A stretch of 63,940 nt of DNA, the filler included, from Octopus bimaculoides (Eukaryota): NCBI RefSeq assembly GCF_001194135.2. It is 5 parts of 5 records of this genome, joined end to end, with 100 filler letters (N's around TTAATTAATTAA, not from the genome) between each part and the next. Parts side by side here need not be neighbours in the genome. Positions count along the whole stretch, not along the records: positions 62,457 to 63,940 come from NW_026319086.1; 4 more parts are not named here. One strand, given 5' to 3'. Within the stretch, counting starts at the first letter, position 1. Each line of letters begins with the position of its first letter. Shown here one piece after another: positions 63,790-63,940 of the stretch. Position numbers and translations under genes: made by a program. The notes under the pieces are model-generated. The model had not been told where the DNA came from, did no database searches, and worked only from the letters and a program-made list of their open reading frames with translations.

Positions 63790-63940
63790 AAGTTGGCAAG
63801 CCCTCAGAATTGTTAGCATGCCAAGCAAAATGCTTAGTGGCATATCATTCTGTTGTTATAGTCTCAGTTCAAACTCTGCTGGGGTTGACTTTGCCTTTCA
63901 TCCTTTGGGGGTTGATAAATTAAGTACCAGTGAAACAGAG
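63790..63940 (+). mobile_element. Degenerate SINE family A running off the window
   Basis: gttgactttgcctttcatcctttgggggttgataaattaagtaccag. Confidence 0.75.

Overview
AT-rich, repeat-dense metazoan genomic DNA from a draft assembly. It has many N gaps, four of them 100-nt placeholders carrying a TTAATTAATTAA linker. The SINE, LINE and microsatellite mix looks like an octopus (cephalopod) genome, which is an inference from repeat content. Most of the window is decayed mobile DNA: at least four tRNA-headed SINE families, RTE-clade LINEs of two types, R4/Dong-like and HERO-like RLE non-LTR fragments, Penelope-like fragments, two mariner and two DD37D/maT-like transposons, a deleted Helitron with a recognisable 3' end, and MITE-like inverted repeats. 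No intact, nameable protein-coding gene is visible. A phase-compatible chain of six small + strand candidate exons (1475-29302) and one 70-codon - strand candidate exon (30946-31155) may belong to host genes. The most unusual object is a ~530-bp palindrome at 8921-9452. Each arm has a Pol III tRNA-like head, a (TAA)n tract and a minimal Penelope-type hammerhead ribozyme motif, so it is a candidate hammerhead-tailed SINE in a head-to-head dimer. Other highlights are a 5'-inverted RTE-BovB-like LINE with twin-priming geometry, Dong-like 3' ends stacked in TAA microsatellite, and an RTE 3' UTR with a variable ~65-bp tandem array. Most long ORFs in the supplied track are N-gap or microsatellite artefacts.
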